Of a stretch of DNA of 64,000 bases, positions 48,701 through 62,974 are shown piece after piece. Position 1 is the stretch's first letter. The number at the start of each line of letters is the position of its first letter. The stretch lies in the NCBI RefSeq assembly GCF_009914755.1, contig NC_060942.1, one strand, 5' to 3'. The notes below the pieces were generated by a model. The model was not told the DNA's origin. It was given only the letters and a program-made list of their open reading frames with translations, and made no database searches. This stretch comes from the human T2T-CHM13v2.0 reference genome, Homo sapiens. A program made the position numbers and the translations under genes.

Positions 48701-51700
48701 AGAGGCTGGATGACTGGGAACTCGGAGGGTACTGGAAGACCAACACTAGTGACGTCCATATCCCTGCAGGGAACTGAGTTTTTCAGTCACTCCAGCTCTA
48801 TGACTGAGCCCAGTTCTGTTCTCCCCTGAGAAATCCCTGGGGTCAGGAGGATGCCAGGATTGTGGTCTGTGGAAGGTCCATAAGAGGGGAATCTCCCTCC
48901 CCTAAAGAGCCAGCCCCAAAGGCCACCTCAGCCATGACTGCCCCCCTGGGCTGAGTTTCTCTTCCAGAGATGGGAGAAGTACGCCCATTCCACTGCTCTC
49001 CTGCAGTAAAAAATGTCTGCTCAGGACGTTGCCCAGGTGTGCTGTTGACAATGGGGGCAGTTCTTCCTGGGACCTGGCAATATTTTTCCAGCTGCAAGGC
49101 CAGTGTCACCCCAGGAAACTGTCCTCAGCTTCATCCCCATGGCCTGGCTGCCATCCAGCCACTCCTGTGCTGGGGGCAGGAGCAGAGTAAGGGTGAGGGT
49201 GCAGGAAGATTCCAGCCCCTGGAATCCTATAGTGTATTGCTCGGGATGTTCAGCTGAGTGAGTCTGTGGGGACAATCTGAATGCCTGCCTTGGTGACAGC
49301 AAACATGGCCACGGGTTTAAATATTCCATGAGTAATTTCTCAGCCCAAGTGGGCTGCAATTGGGACAGCTGAAGGACACTGCAGACCCAAAGCAGGTGAG
49401 GATAGCCCTGGCAGTTTCAGTGTGTATCACTGACTTCTTCGGAGTAACAGCAACACACCCACCCACCCATGACTGATTCTCCCTCAGCCAGGCTGGCGGC
49501 AGGTCCAAATTTATTCAAAATGAGAAATTCCTTTGTCCACCATTCTAAGAATGAGACTTCATTGCAGAGGGACAAAAACAAAACACAATGGAAAGAAACA
49601 AAACACAACTCCCCGACTTGTCAGCTCTCCAGCCTTCCTGCTCTGTCCCGTTCCCATCTGCCAGGCTGGGCTTATGCCGTCTTTCTCTATGTGGGAATCT
49701 GGCTTAGAGCCAGTGCCCCTACCTGACTACTTATCTTTCGGGGGTTCCCACATCCCCCCTCAACAGCGTATTTACACGGGACAGTTTTATGTTTGTGGGG
49801 TTGCTGTCTTCTATCACATCTCAAGTTATCTTGTGGCAGTGAAAGCGGGTCCCCCACCTTGTCGGAACAGAGCCTGACACTCAGGGCACCTGAATTGGAC
49901 ATGAATCTGCACCTCCATGAGGGAGGCCTATGTCTCCCCTGTCAGACCCTGGGGCTTTCCTGCAGGGGGCCATGGTATGTCCCGCCACAGCCTATAATTT
50001 CCTACCCACTCCCTGCTCTGCAGAAACCTGCCTCTGCGTGATGAGGGTGAGTGTCGAGAGGGGTGGTGGCATCCCAGAAGTCAACGGCAGTTGGTTCAGT
50101 GACTCCCCAACTCCCGCCCCAGCAGGCTCCTCCTCCAGCCTTGGCTGGTCTGCAGGGATGCTCTCCTCCTGGCTGTGTGGCCTCTGCTGCAGACTAGCCC
50201 TCTTAATCACTGGCTCAGCCAAGACAAGGTCAGAACATTCCAAGTTAATGTTTTGCTGAGAAACTTGAGAAACTAAGGGAGAAATAAACCAAAGCCCTGG
50301 TGATGGCATAAGGGGCAGATGGGGGTCTTGAACTTGAACACAAAGGGTACAGGAGCCTGGCTTTCTGCTGGCTCCAGCTGGATGGTTCAGCCTGCATGTT
50401 TGGCCCTTCCTGCCTGGCTTCCCACGTATCTCAGCTGGGGTCTCCTGGAGGAAGCATGTCCTCTGCAGCTGGTGTGTGGCTGGTCAGCCCTTCAGGAGTG
50501 TGATCTCTTGCTCTAAGGCCTGAGCTGCTGTTGTGACGTGGTCTGCCCAGTAGTCATTCACCACAGCTCAACAACGTGCTTTTCTCGCACTGAGACATCA
50601 CCCTTTAACTTGCTGTTCCTCTCTTTTCCCTGGGGACCCAACTCAGCTGCCGGGTCCCAGGCTTCGCCGTTTGTTCCTCATTCCAGATTTCCAAACTTGC
50701 CCAACAGAATGGCAACAGAATTTACTCTAAAATAAATGTAATCATTTGCTTATTGAAATAGTCAAGATGACAGTACAGATGAAGGTCCTGTTTTTCAATA
50801 AAAAGATTTTTTTTTTTAAATTGGATAAGAAAATGAGCCTGAAAATAAGCCAGTCATACTCTGTGTCTTTGTCACTCTGATGATAAACTGGGCTTAAGTT
50901 GCTCTACCGGGGCCTCAGCTGGACCGGGGTGGTGAGTGTACCAATTGATCACTAATCTGTGGGTTCTCCACCCAGGCCCATCCATTTCATCACACGTAGC
51001 ATATGAGTGTGCCACGTGTGTGCGTCTTGTGGGGGCATTTGGAGATTCCTTTGCAGAAGTTCCGGGACACAGCAGTTTGGAGTTGGACCCATGTCAGGCC
51101 CTAAGTATGCAAAAGATTCTGGTGCTTTGCTAACAAGTCCCCAACATATGGAATTAAGAATAAAAATCACACTAAATCGTAGACTGTAATTATTAATTTT
51201 TGAAATGAAACAAAACTCACATGGATACAGAAATGACAATACTTTTTGGGTTTTCTGATCCTCCTCTCTGGCTTTGCGGTCCCTGTTTTGCTGGTGTCCC
51301 AGGCTCAGGCCCGGCTTGTCAAGTGAGGGAAATGACGTGGAGAGTCCCCCACCCGCGCAGGGAGCTGCTGTGCAGAAGGAGCAGCCAACACTGGCCAGGG
51401 TAAGGGGTAGGGTGCGGGAGAGGTTTGAGTTGGAGCTCCTGGGGTGAGGCAGGGCCTGGGCTGCTGCAGGAGCTGGGCACTTCAGACTGGGGCCCGCAGT
51501 GTGTGTGTAAGAAGTTCTTCGTCTCACCGTCAGAGGGCAGGCGACAGCTGGAGGAAAGAGGAACCCTCCCCTCACACGCAATTTAGGGGCTTCCTCCCCA
51601 GGTATGAAAAAGGTGTAAAGAAGTGGTCTAGCTTCTGGGCTCTCTGCTGTTCTCCCTAGAGCTACCTAGAGCCAGGCCTTGTGGCTGAGGAGGGGAGAGG

Positions 51701-53489
51701 GCACTTTGGGCGGATGACTGAATGCTGGTGCCAGAACCCACACTCCCCATATACCCTCTGAGGCTGTGCCCAGCCTGGGCAGGGATGGGAGCCAGTCCGG
51801 GGGCCTGGGAACTGTCTGGGGCAGCCTCGGGGGCTGGGGCTCTGCAAGGAAGGCTGGGTTGTGTGCACTGGGGAGGGAACGGCAGTGACCCGCAGGGCTC
51901 TTTGTCCCGCAGGTTGGATGTGAGCACCTGGGTGGGACCCTGACTGTGCAGAGGCCAGCGGACCTTCTTGCCTCTTGATGACCCTGGGTGAGTGGGAGAG
52001 CAAATCAAAGGAAGGTAGGATGTGGCTGGTCAACTGGGGCCTGAGCTGTTTCTTATGAGAAGGGGAGCACTCTACCTCAAGCAGCCCCATCTCCCATTCC
52101 AGCGACAGGTCCCATTTACTTGCCCTCCTTTACAATCAAAGGCATCACCCGCCCCTCATCTTAGCAGCCCCTTTCTTATTCATCATCATGCCCAGCATGG
52201 GGCCTGGACTCTAAGGCAGGCTCCCTTTCAGTTGCCTTGACGACTCTGGAAACAGAGAATGATCAAAAAGCCAGTTGGGCCTTTGGCTGTCACCAGAGAC
52301 ACTTCCTGACTGCCCTCTTTCCATTCTGAGGAGCGCCCAGACACGGGGGTTCTCTCCTTTTCACTTCTTCCCCAGGACATCCTTCCAGGTGTTATCTATG
52401 GCTGCCAAGAAGGGCCAGGGACGTCCTGAGACAGGGTTCTTATAAGAAAGAGAGTGAGGGGTCCAGGACTGCCCCAAGAGAATTCCAAGCCTTCCCTTGG
52501 AAGGATGCAAAGGCTTTCCTTCTCAGTCACTGGGGCTGAAAGTAAGCCTCAGTGAGAAATGGCTTTCTGAAGTCCAAGATATTCCCACCCTACCAGCAAT
52601 GCTGACAGGGCAGCACCCTGAGTCCCTGGCTCTGCTGATCCCAAGAATTTAATCACAGTGATTGATATGATTGGGGGCCTTTCCTTTCCTCCTGGGATAC
52701 CCAGGCTGCAGAGTGCACACTGGCATCTCCTGGAGCCAGTATATCCCACCCCAGGAATGGGATGTGGCTTCAGGCTCATGCCACCCCTTTGGAGAGAGAC
52801 CTCTTCACACAGCGGGGGCAAGCATGCTTTCCGTGCCTCATCCGGTGAGACCAAGCCAAGCCAAGTATTGATTTGACAGAAAGATATGGATATACTGGAT
52901 GCATAATGGTTAGGGGATCCTATTTCCTTCTTTTCCTGTTCAGAGTACACCTCTCCTCCACCCCACCCTGTTGAAAAGCAAAGGCCGGATGAGGGAGAGT
53001 GTTCTCACCGGTCACTCAGGGACGCCTCTGTTTCCCCGGTCTCCTTGCAGGAGTTCAAAACCATAAAGCCTCTGGGAACAAGGACCCCCTCTCCCACCAT
53101 GAAAAGCTCTCCCAAGATCTTCGCCTAGCTGTATATTCTTAGAACCAGTCAATATGATTAATTTTACATGGGCATAATTTCCGGCTATTGCTGTGGAGTC
53201 CTCCCAGCCTCACCCATCAACAGCGACATGATACAGTTTCTGGTTATATTGGTCAACCAAGATATTGATATTATTAATAATGGATATCTATACGCTGACC
53301 TTTGTCCACACAACTGAATCACTCTGGGCTGGCTGTCACATTGCTTTAAGAGGTATTGATAAGCCCATTACTGGAAGGGCACATACAATCTTAGGTATAT
53401 GCTTTTCACTCACCTTCAAGCATCTCCTGTGAAAATTGACCTTTGTTGCATGAACTGGTGTGGGTACCATGGCATGTGGTATGCAAAAG

Positions 53490-53602
53490 AATGTGTGCGC
53501 ATATGCTTGTGTGGTGAATGTATGTGTGTGTATGTATGCGAGCGTGTTCACGTGTATGTAAGTGTGCGTGTGACTGTGTGTATGAGTGTGTGTGTGTGAG
53601 TC
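53490..53602. repeat. Degenerate (TG)n block
   Basis: Read directly. Confidence 0.85.
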
Positions 53603-55586
53603 TGTTTTGAACACTGTTCCTTTTAGAGCTGATCAAATAGTCAATTACAGCATTATAGGGAGGTAGCAGAATCACAGAGTTCCTACAAATACACTGTGAT
53701 GTAGCGTTTGATCTTTAGATGCCTCTTGTCTCCGAGGACTTGCGCAAGGAGGCTTGGCTTTATAAGGATATTATTAGGTTGATGCCTCATTCTCTCAATT
53801 TACCTGCCAGGCAAGAGACAGCACTCACTGGGAGCAGTCTGGCCAGAACTAGCCACTGGGAGGTGCACTGAAGACCATGCTGCAGGCTTGACTTTGGGCA
53901 TACGCTACTCTGAGCCTCAGTCTCTTTATCTATGCAGTGGCAACAGTTAATTCAGCTCTACTTTCTAAAGACCAGAGAGGGGAAGTTTACTGAGCTCAGG
54001 CTCTCAACCTTCTGCACCAAAACTTCCAATCATATGAAAGCCTGGCATGCCAGCAGGCCTGATTTATTACATGGTGAGATGTGGCCCTTTAACTTTTAGA
54101 GGGAATGGGTTTGTGTAGGTTTGTAGTAGAAGGCATGCTTTTTGTGCTTGTGTGTGTTTGTGCATGGTCACACAGACCTCATTGCTGTGCATCTCTGTGG
54201 CTGCTGTTGTGCCTACCTGCATGGAAGGTGGTGTCAGGGTCAGTAGCCTCTATCAGCTTGGTCTACAGTGAGTGATCCCATCCTGTTTGAACTCAGACAG
54301 CCTCACTTGTCATGGATGCCCCCTTGCTTGTCCCTGTAAAGGGAAACTGGCTAGCTGGAGAGATCTTTTGGATCCTCAGACATAGTGTATGAATAAACCA
54401 GACATGGATTAATTAGGTGTGACTGCATCATTAAATTAGAATAATGAACAAACAGCCACGTATGGCATTCAAATCTGCCTAGAATGACTCCAAGGGTTGC
54501 TTTCAAGTAAGTCACCTGTCAGTTTGTAGGTTTTGGGGACTCTAGAGAGTGAGGCTCCTGTCACATCTTAAGAAGTGGCTTCTTTAGGTACTACATACCC
54601 CAGGTGAGGACCATCCTTCAGTGGGCACCAAGACTCCACAACTGAATCCAAACAATGACTTGGTTCAATACAGCATCATCTATGCATGCTTCAGCTGCGA
54701 GCATTTCTCAGTGTGAAATACGACAGTAGCACAGGTGCTCAAGAGATGGGAGGGAGAAGTTAAGAGGTGTGGGCAGCGGATGTGAAATGTATTGATCCCA
54801 CAATATTTATGTGGATGTGCACATAGTCGCTTGTGCACGTGCATATGTGCATGCACACACACCCCCCTTTTGTGTTTCTATAAACTCCTTTTTCTTCTGC
54901 TGATACTCCCTATTTCAGTCAGATTGATTCAAGGGTGAACCAAGTTGTGTAATTTTAGGAACAGCTGCTGAACTGCAGCACCCTGCCCTCGGTGCACAAC
55001 AGTTCTCACAATCCCGGTCCTTGAACACAGTGGCTGTGCAGAAAGGATTTTTTGTCTTTAACAAAGAGGAGGAAGCCAACAGCTAAGAGGGAAGAAAATG
55101 GGAAGCTAGCTTGCCTTGCTGGCCAGCTGTGGAATAGCCTAATACATCGGGGCTTTGTTCAAAAGATGTGTTAAGTATCTAGAAACCTTTGATCTGTAGC
55201 CACTCTTAACAAAGGTGATAATTAATTAAAGCAGAGTGCATTGCAATAAAGTAACATCGCGGTCAGTTTATGCGTTGTCCAGAGCCGGCCTTCGGAAGTC
55301 TCTGTCAATTAAGCTCTTGTAGGAAGCCAGTTCATTATCAATTTTTTTCCTGAGTTTGATCAATATTTTTGGCTGTTCTGTCCCCACAGAAGCAGGACTA
55401 TGTCTCTCTCCATGAGGGCACCCATTTATTTCCATCTTGCAGAAGGCCACATAGGATTTGTTCCTGAGCTGAGCTGCGGGGAATCACCCTGTTTGAAATC
55501 CTCGATCAGCTCATGCTAGAGAAGAGATACAAGGAAGGATAAGAGAAACCAAATGTGGAACAAGTAGAAGGGGAGAAACCCTGTAA

Positions 55587-55870
<284 letters not shown>

Positions 55871-56421
55871 TAGGGCTGTGGCTTGGGCTTTATACCCACC
55901 TGGGGCTATGCGGAACTTGATGGGTGGAGATGGAGGAAGCTCTTAGGGCAAATACATCAACACTGGAAATTCCTCTGCAGCTTTTACTACCCCTGTAACA
56001 GTTTTTTTTTTTTTTTCCCTGTCCTGGTACCTTTAACTTCTCTTATGTTGCCGAATGGAACACTTATCTCCTTCTTCAGGCCCCACTTTGGGGTTTAGGT
56101 GGATATCTTAAATGTCAGAGAAGACAGAAAAGGAGAGGAAGGATGATGAAAGGGCTTCAGTGAAATTGTGGGGGGCGGGTGGGGGGGGCTCTGTTCTACT
56201 CCCCTAGGCTGTTTGGGTAGGACTGGATGCTTTCTGCAATTCTTGGAGAGGCTGCGTATCTAAAGGCCTGCAGGAAAAGAAGAGGTGAAAGGAGTGGATT
56301 TTCTGCTCTTGTTATAGAGAGCCCAAAAGGAGGGCAACCGGCTCCCTGCCACGCCCTGCTTGGATTTAGGTAAAATGCAGTATTCTGCTTGGAGGGCCTG
56401 ACTTGACTGAGCTGTCAGGTC

Positions 56422-56449
56422 GTGTGTGTGTGTGTGTGTGTGTGTGTGT
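56422..56449. repeat. (GT)14 microsatellite
   Basis: Read directly. Confidence 0.95.
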
Positions 56450-59400
56450 ACACTATAAAAGGAAAGTCGCCTGGAATACCAAGAGGCAGTGAGTAAGGTG
56501 GGAAATGCAGTGGGTGAAGGGAATTAGCTGCGGCTGGCCACTCGGCCACTCAGATTCCAGATGGAAGGTCATTGCTAAAATGAGTCAGTGGGTGAGCAGA
56601 AGCAGGCCAGCCTTAAAAGGGTGATGGGTGGGGAATGAGGATGGAACCCTCCTCCAAACCAGGACTTCTGGATGGGGATATCAGGCAGATAAAACAAAAA
56701 GCACACCTTCACACCAGGACTTGGATCACTGACAAATCCAAGCCAGGAGTTCTGAGGTGGATCATGTATGTAATGATGAGGACAGCATCATTCTTTCCAG
56801 ATTTTCTCCTTTTCTCCTTCACCCTTCTCCCTGATCCTGCATATAGCCTTGCAAGATTAAACTGTCCCTAACATCATCTCCATGCCACTTGCATCTGTCA
56901 TCTCTTCCCTGTGTGTGTGTATGCACACACACATGCTCACTCCAACACCCACACAGGCTGCAGCATCTTCCCTCCTCCTACCCACAGACACATAGGTTTT
57001 CACACCCTTTAGCTCTTCTCTCTGCATGTCACATGGGATTTCCCTTCCAAGTTCAAGAACTGCTGTGGTTTCAGCCACTGTAAACGGGCACTCCCAGCTT
57101 CTAGCTGGCATTTTGACCCTACAACTTTCACTTTTTTTTTTCTCTACCTGCCACCTTGAGCCTTATTCTCTGTTACATTTCTGCCCTCTAGAGCCTACTT
57201 ATTCCAGATTCTCTTTAGGTGAGATCCCTTCTGGGTCAATTTGGAAACTGACTCTCTCCTGATGACATGGAAGGTGTGAGCCCTGGACAGAGGCAAAGTT
57301 GAGACAAGCTCTTTTCTCAAGCAAAAAGGTGGTGTCTTGGATATATTCCAAGGCCTCACTCAGAAGCCCCTCTTCCCTCCTGATATAGATGCTGTAATAA
57401 TGAGGAGGAAGATGCTACTATTAGTGATGATAATGGCCATGATCAAGTTGCTGGAGTGTGGCAAGATCACTGGGCAGTGGGAATGCCCTGGGACACGAGC
57501 TCCCTGATAGAACTCAGAACTTTACTACATGAGTGTGTAGGGGGCATAGTGATGGCAGGCAGTTTTGTCATTTTTTTCCTTTGCGTTGTTTTATGGCTAT
57601 GATTTCATTCAAGAAAAGATTTCATTTTGTTGTGTTTGAGAGGCCACAAACATCCAGCCAATTGGAGCAGGTGATGAAGGGAGTGAAAGTATACCAAGGG
57701 GGTTATTTCAACCCAATCTAGAATTCCCATTAAAACTGTGTGTGCTTGGGGATGGGAGGGACGTTGTTAACATCTCCCTGTTGAATTGCACTGAAATCTA
57801 GGCCAGCCCTGGTTTCCATATGTGTGGGATGTGCTTAGTCATGCTTGCACATGAAAACATATACGTGCATATGTGCATGTTAATTTATCTCTGTGTTTGT
57901 TGATTCCAAGAAAGTCTGTTTAAAAGACAAATGAAATTATGCATAAGCAGCAAATAACCATCAGTCTCTTAAATAAGCAAATCATTTCCCAATATTTTTT
58001 CTTTGCTCTTAAGTAGGACACTTATCAACATCTGGAATTTGGAGTTTGTTTTAATGGTGATTGTTGCTTTGATATGCTTTAGGTTTGTAATGATTGCTAT
58101 TGATCATTTTCTTTGGTGAAACCTGTTTTTTTAAAAAATGCTTTTCTTGTTTTCTGATTATGGCTATTCAGTCTTCCCTGTCTCTGACAAGGCAAATCTT
58201 TCTTTTAAAAGCTATAGGTGTGTACCTAGCCATTCTGCCAGTCTTTCCCCCTGGACAGAACTGAATTTTTATTTTTCAAAGTAATTAAAAAAAAGTTCAT
58301 CTTAATTGAGCTCATGCCCATGCTAATACTTCAGCTGCACTGTCTCTTAGACTCATTTGAAAATGGAAATCACATAGAGCCTCACAGTTTAAATCACCTG
58401 TCTACAGCAGGAAAAAAACACCCAAAACCCCACAAAACAACGAACCATCTTGGGTAAAGTCAAGCGGTGGAAATTCAGTGTTCTGAGAATTATTATATCT
58501 TAAACACAAATACAAGACATAATTTTATGAAGATGGTCACAAATCACCAAAACATATTCATATCCCCGTCCTTCCTCTTTCACACAGCTAAACCCCAAAT
58601 CAAGGGGCTTTAGGCATTTCCTATTCAGGTATAGTTGAAATAGAAGATTGTGCATGTGGTGGTGAGTATATTTTAAAATGATACACTCTCTGGAGCTAAA
58701 TCCACAGAAGATTCTATTGCTCTGTCCCCACACTTCTGGATGTAGTGTGGAAGTATGAGGGGCTGAAATCCCTGCAGCTGTGGCTCCTGGGCTGAGAGTC
58801 CCCCAGGCTGCCGGTAAAGTAGATTTTCCTCCATGTAGCTGAGAAAATCTCAAAGCAGAGTGGTTACCCAGGCACAGATCTGTTCTGACTGGATAACAAG
58901 AGGGACTATGATGTGGACTTGGCCGTTTAGATTAAAATGCATCGTAGGCTCTGGGAACAAGCACACATCAGTAGTAAAGGCTGTTTAAACCTTTGGGGAC
59001 AGCCTTATGTTTAGATTACGTTAATTCATAAATATTATACTAAATACCACTTAAATTGGACTTAAATGACTTCAAAGATAATGCATTATAATATGGCTAT
59101 CCAGAGAGCACTAGTCTTTATATCTCCCAGTAACTCAGTCTTTGCTGCCTCCCATCCAGCTAGACAGGACCAAAGTTATGAATGGATTGCTGATTTCTTC
59201 ATGTGTGATCCACTGTGTATGTGAGTGTTAACAAGCATGGGTATGTGTACATATATGTGTCTTCAGACACTGCCTCTTTTTGTTCTACAGGAAATGAAAA
59301 GAAGAAAAGAGAAACAAATTAAAAATGAGAGAAAGGAAGAATTGGACTACTGGGTGACCTGTTCCCTTCTCCAGGGTAGAAAAATTCTACAAAAAGGGGT

Positions 59401-60660
59401 AAAATTGGCCCTCAGCTCATTTCTGCTGCTACCCGAGGAATTCATCTCTTTTCTCTTTAATCAATAGTACAATGTCTTTCTCTTTGGAGCCTGGAAAAAC
59501 AATCTTTCCCAAAGTGCTCTAATAGGGGAGAAAAGAAGACTCTGAGTTGGTCAGGAGAGTTTGCACTAAACTCGGTTTTCTTCCTTGGGTGTTGTTTCTT
59601 TGAATTTTAATTCTGGGCTTTTTTCTTCCTTTCTCTCTCTGCCTAGCACCCAGATACCCCTCTCCCCAATTGCTTTCTGGCCTCCAGGGGGTAAATTTAC
59701 CTTTACGGTAATCACCCCAGTCCACAACTGCTCTTTGCTGCCTCCCCAGCCCAACAGCCTTTCTCTGATATGGCTGGGTTTGCTCCACAACACCCACCCA
59801 CTCCCTCCTCCACAGACTCCCAATTTGACTGGAGTAATTGCCTTTTAAGGTGCACTCTACGCATGGCAGGTATTCCATTAACCCTTAGAACTCCTTCCTT
59901 CTTTAGATATCTGAAATGGCAGGTGGCCAACAAATGGAGACCCACCTGAAACCTCCTGTGTTTAATTTAGTTTTTACTTCTTTTCCTTTTCCTTTTTTTT
60001 TTTTTTGCCACTAACATAAACATGACATCCAAACTGGAGGCCAGTGTCCTGTGTCTCTCAATTTGATCCTGTATGATTCATTAGAAGTTAGAAATTAAGG
60101 AAGGGGAGAGCAAGAGGCACAAATATGCCCTGAAACCAGGCTTAACAAAGGCATGATTCTATCCCTAACCTTATGTTGTCAATTTAGAGATGGGGAAATC
60201 TAGAAACCAAATGCAACACTCATTCCTCAAGCCTCATCATGCTTTCTGACTTAACAGTAATTAATCACCAATGGCAAGCGAGTAATTTTTTAAGGTGGCC
60301 GGAGGCTTATTTTATCAGGATTAGCTAATAAATCAGGCTCCATCACCGAAGAAGGAGTTTAAACTCTTCTAGGACTGAATAAACCAGACCTCGGAAACGG
60401 TCTCATTTATTCAGCTCTCTGAGAGCTTGCAAGCACTGTTAGGGACATTGTGGTCCAACCTCGATTATAAAAATCAGAAGGATGGAGAGGTAGGAAGTTT
60501 CACTGGGAAAAATATATGCTCAGGCTCTGAAGGGTGAGCTGCGACAACGAGGAACCCAGTATGCCGGAGCTAGTGGGCCTGCTTGCCACTGACTGAGACA
60601 GTTTAGGGGAGAAATTATTTAGAAAATGAAGTTTTGTTTGTCCTAGGAATTCTGGCCAGA

Positions 60661-60735
60661 TTTTATATATCGATATCTATATCTATATATAAAATATATG
60701 TAATATATGTATTACGTATATATTATATATATAAT
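60661..60735. repeat. (TA)-rich low-complexity tract
   Basis: TATATATCGATATCTATATCTATATAT..TATATATTATATATAT. Confidence 0.85.
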
Positions 60736-62550
60736 CATAACCTTCTCTACCTCCCTAATGCAAATGATGAAAATTCTACTTCTTTGCTATTATATGAGAG
60801 AGTCCAAATTACATCAGCAACAAAGTGATGATATCAGGGATTGTAGAAAAGAAACCAAGGAATATTGTTAAAGTTTATCTTCATTTGAAATGAAGAAGCA
60901 AATAAAGTGCTTTAATCCAGATGCCATATGAAGCCCAGCTCCTCATAACTGTCTTTTGCCTCTAGTGAGTTCTGATTTTTTTAACTTTAAAATCTTAAAT
61001 CACCACAAAAACTGATCATTAAGATGAGCAGAAGACTTCCCTACCTATGCTTTCAAAATTTTTATTATTACTATTTTTTACAATGAGGACATTCAGAATA
61101 ACAAAGGTTTGATACAAACCTTGATTAGCTTCTAGGAAGCTTGATTGGAAGGGGAAAAACTACAAAGATATGGTTGACTTGAGAGGGAGGGGGGGAAAAA
61201 GAAAGTGTTTTCTTTTTTTCTTCGAATATTATTTTGAAGGCTGCCTCCCCGTTCCACCTTTCCAATCTCTCTTTTGAACAGACAGACATTTTCTCCATAT
61301 TGGATAAAGGTTGCCTTCTCTCTCCATTACAGCCCCCACCCTCACCCCACCCCAACAAACCCAGTATATTTCCATTCTGCTGTGTTTTTGTGTTACTCAA
61401 CATGCCATTAACTTTAAGATTTACTCCTCAGCAGGCAAGCTGGAAGATACTAAAGCCAATAAAAACTGCTCTCTGGGACTCCAACTATGAAGAGTTTGGA
61501 GCTCTGTTTAGTATTCGAACGAAGGGAGGGCTGGAGAAAGAGGGTGGTTGTGATAGTGAAAATCGCTGCTGCTTAGAGAGCCAGACAGCTCTGCGCTCTG
61601 CACCTAATGTGCTGGAGGATCAGCTGTGTCCATAGCCCATTTGTGGCCAAGGATGAGGCTGCTCTCTATGTGGGGGTGGGTGTGCGTGTGTTTTCATCTT
61701 TAAAACCACCAGCTGTAACAGCATCTTCGGCGGCTCTCCACACTACTGTTTATTAAAAACGGAACATCCATACACATCCCCTACAACTTCCTTAGCCCCG
61801 TGCTCCTTCCCTGCCTGGCGATCAATCTCTCTCAGAAAGCATTTAACTTGCCCACATAGATCCAGCACCGATTCATTCCCGCTGCACATCCTATATATTA
61901 CTGTTAGGAAGCGGAGCACTGGGCTAATTTCGTCACCCACCAGCCACCCACACACATTCTACAACTGAACACGTTTGGGGCTCTGCTTTAAAGATAATAA
62001 AACAAGGAGAAAACAGGCAGGCTGCGGACAATTCCCATGACCACTTTCCTAAAAAGTTGCTGTGTTTTAATTCTTTGATTATTCTGTCTCCCCCTCCCCC
62101 AAGCACTCACTGGCAATGATCGCTTCAAGGGAGAAATAATGTACTATAAAGCTCTCTGCATGGTGAGTTTGGGATAAATTAGGGTACACCTTTCAAAATG
62201 CAAATCTCGCACACACATATTTTTTTCCCAAAGCCCCGCTTTCCTGGGAAGGGGACTATCCAGGCTTGCCAGACCCCCCACTCCACCCAGGGGATGGCTG
62301 GTTCCTTGCTAATTCTTGCCTTAGGTTTTATCACTGGTTCCTTCAAACATCCAACCCCCCCACCCCCAACACACACCACCATTCACACCACAATCAGATT
62401 ATTGAGGCACACAGCTCGACAGGGAGAGTTTACTGTTACATTTAAATAAAAATTTCTCTTTGAATTTGTCACCTCTCTCCCTTTTAGACGGCTGCGCTCC
62501 TGCTACTCTAGCCCGGAGCAAAGGATGAGGAGACCACCTCCTTTAGTATT

Positions 62551-62577
62551 TTCAGCACCACGGCGATGGACAGCACC
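62551..62577 (+). promoter_or_regulatory. Bipartite (expanded-spacer) RE1/NRSE, candidate REST binding site
   Basis: TTCAGCACC-acggcgat-GGACAGCACC: perfect left half and near-perfect right half, with an 8-bp rather than the canonical 2-bp spacer. Confidence 0.7.
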
Positions 62578-62965
62578 CTCGGTCCTCGGCCGGCCAGGAG
62601 CCCGCGAGTCCGTCCGCTCAGCGTCCTGGGCTCGACCGGTGCAGCCTTCCCCATCCCCATCTTTCAGGTCGCTGTACCCAAAAATCCAAGCCCCGTCTCC
62701 TCGATCCCCTCTCTCTTTCTCTTCATCGGCGCCCGCTGCTCTCTCCATGGCATCGTTCCTATCAGCACCTCGCCTAAAACCCAGTCTTGCCCCAGCGAAC
62801 AGCTCCCCACGCACCCCAGCTCTGGTCTCCGCTGCCCGAGCGCCTCCCTCCACCGCGCCCGCCCGAGGCTTCCTCTCGCTTAGTCCGCCGCTCGTCAGTC
62901 GCCGGCCGGCCGGTCGGCCCGCCAGCCCGCTCCTGCTCCCCGGCAAAGTTGGGAGGGAAAGGTGT

Positions 62966-62974
62966 ACTCACCTT
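62966..62974 (-). other. CELF4: 5' splice donor of CELF4 intron 1 (AAG|GTGAGT)
   Basis: Plus strand ACTCAC|CTT at 62966-62974 is a consensus U2 donor. It falls exactly where RRM homology stops (before RNP1 'GCAF'). Confidence 0.95.

Noticed and set aside
62895-62971. C-terminal extension of the 120-aa ORF (GEYTFPSQL...)
   Set aside because: Read-through into intron 1 past the consensus donor at 62971; not part of the CELF4 protein.
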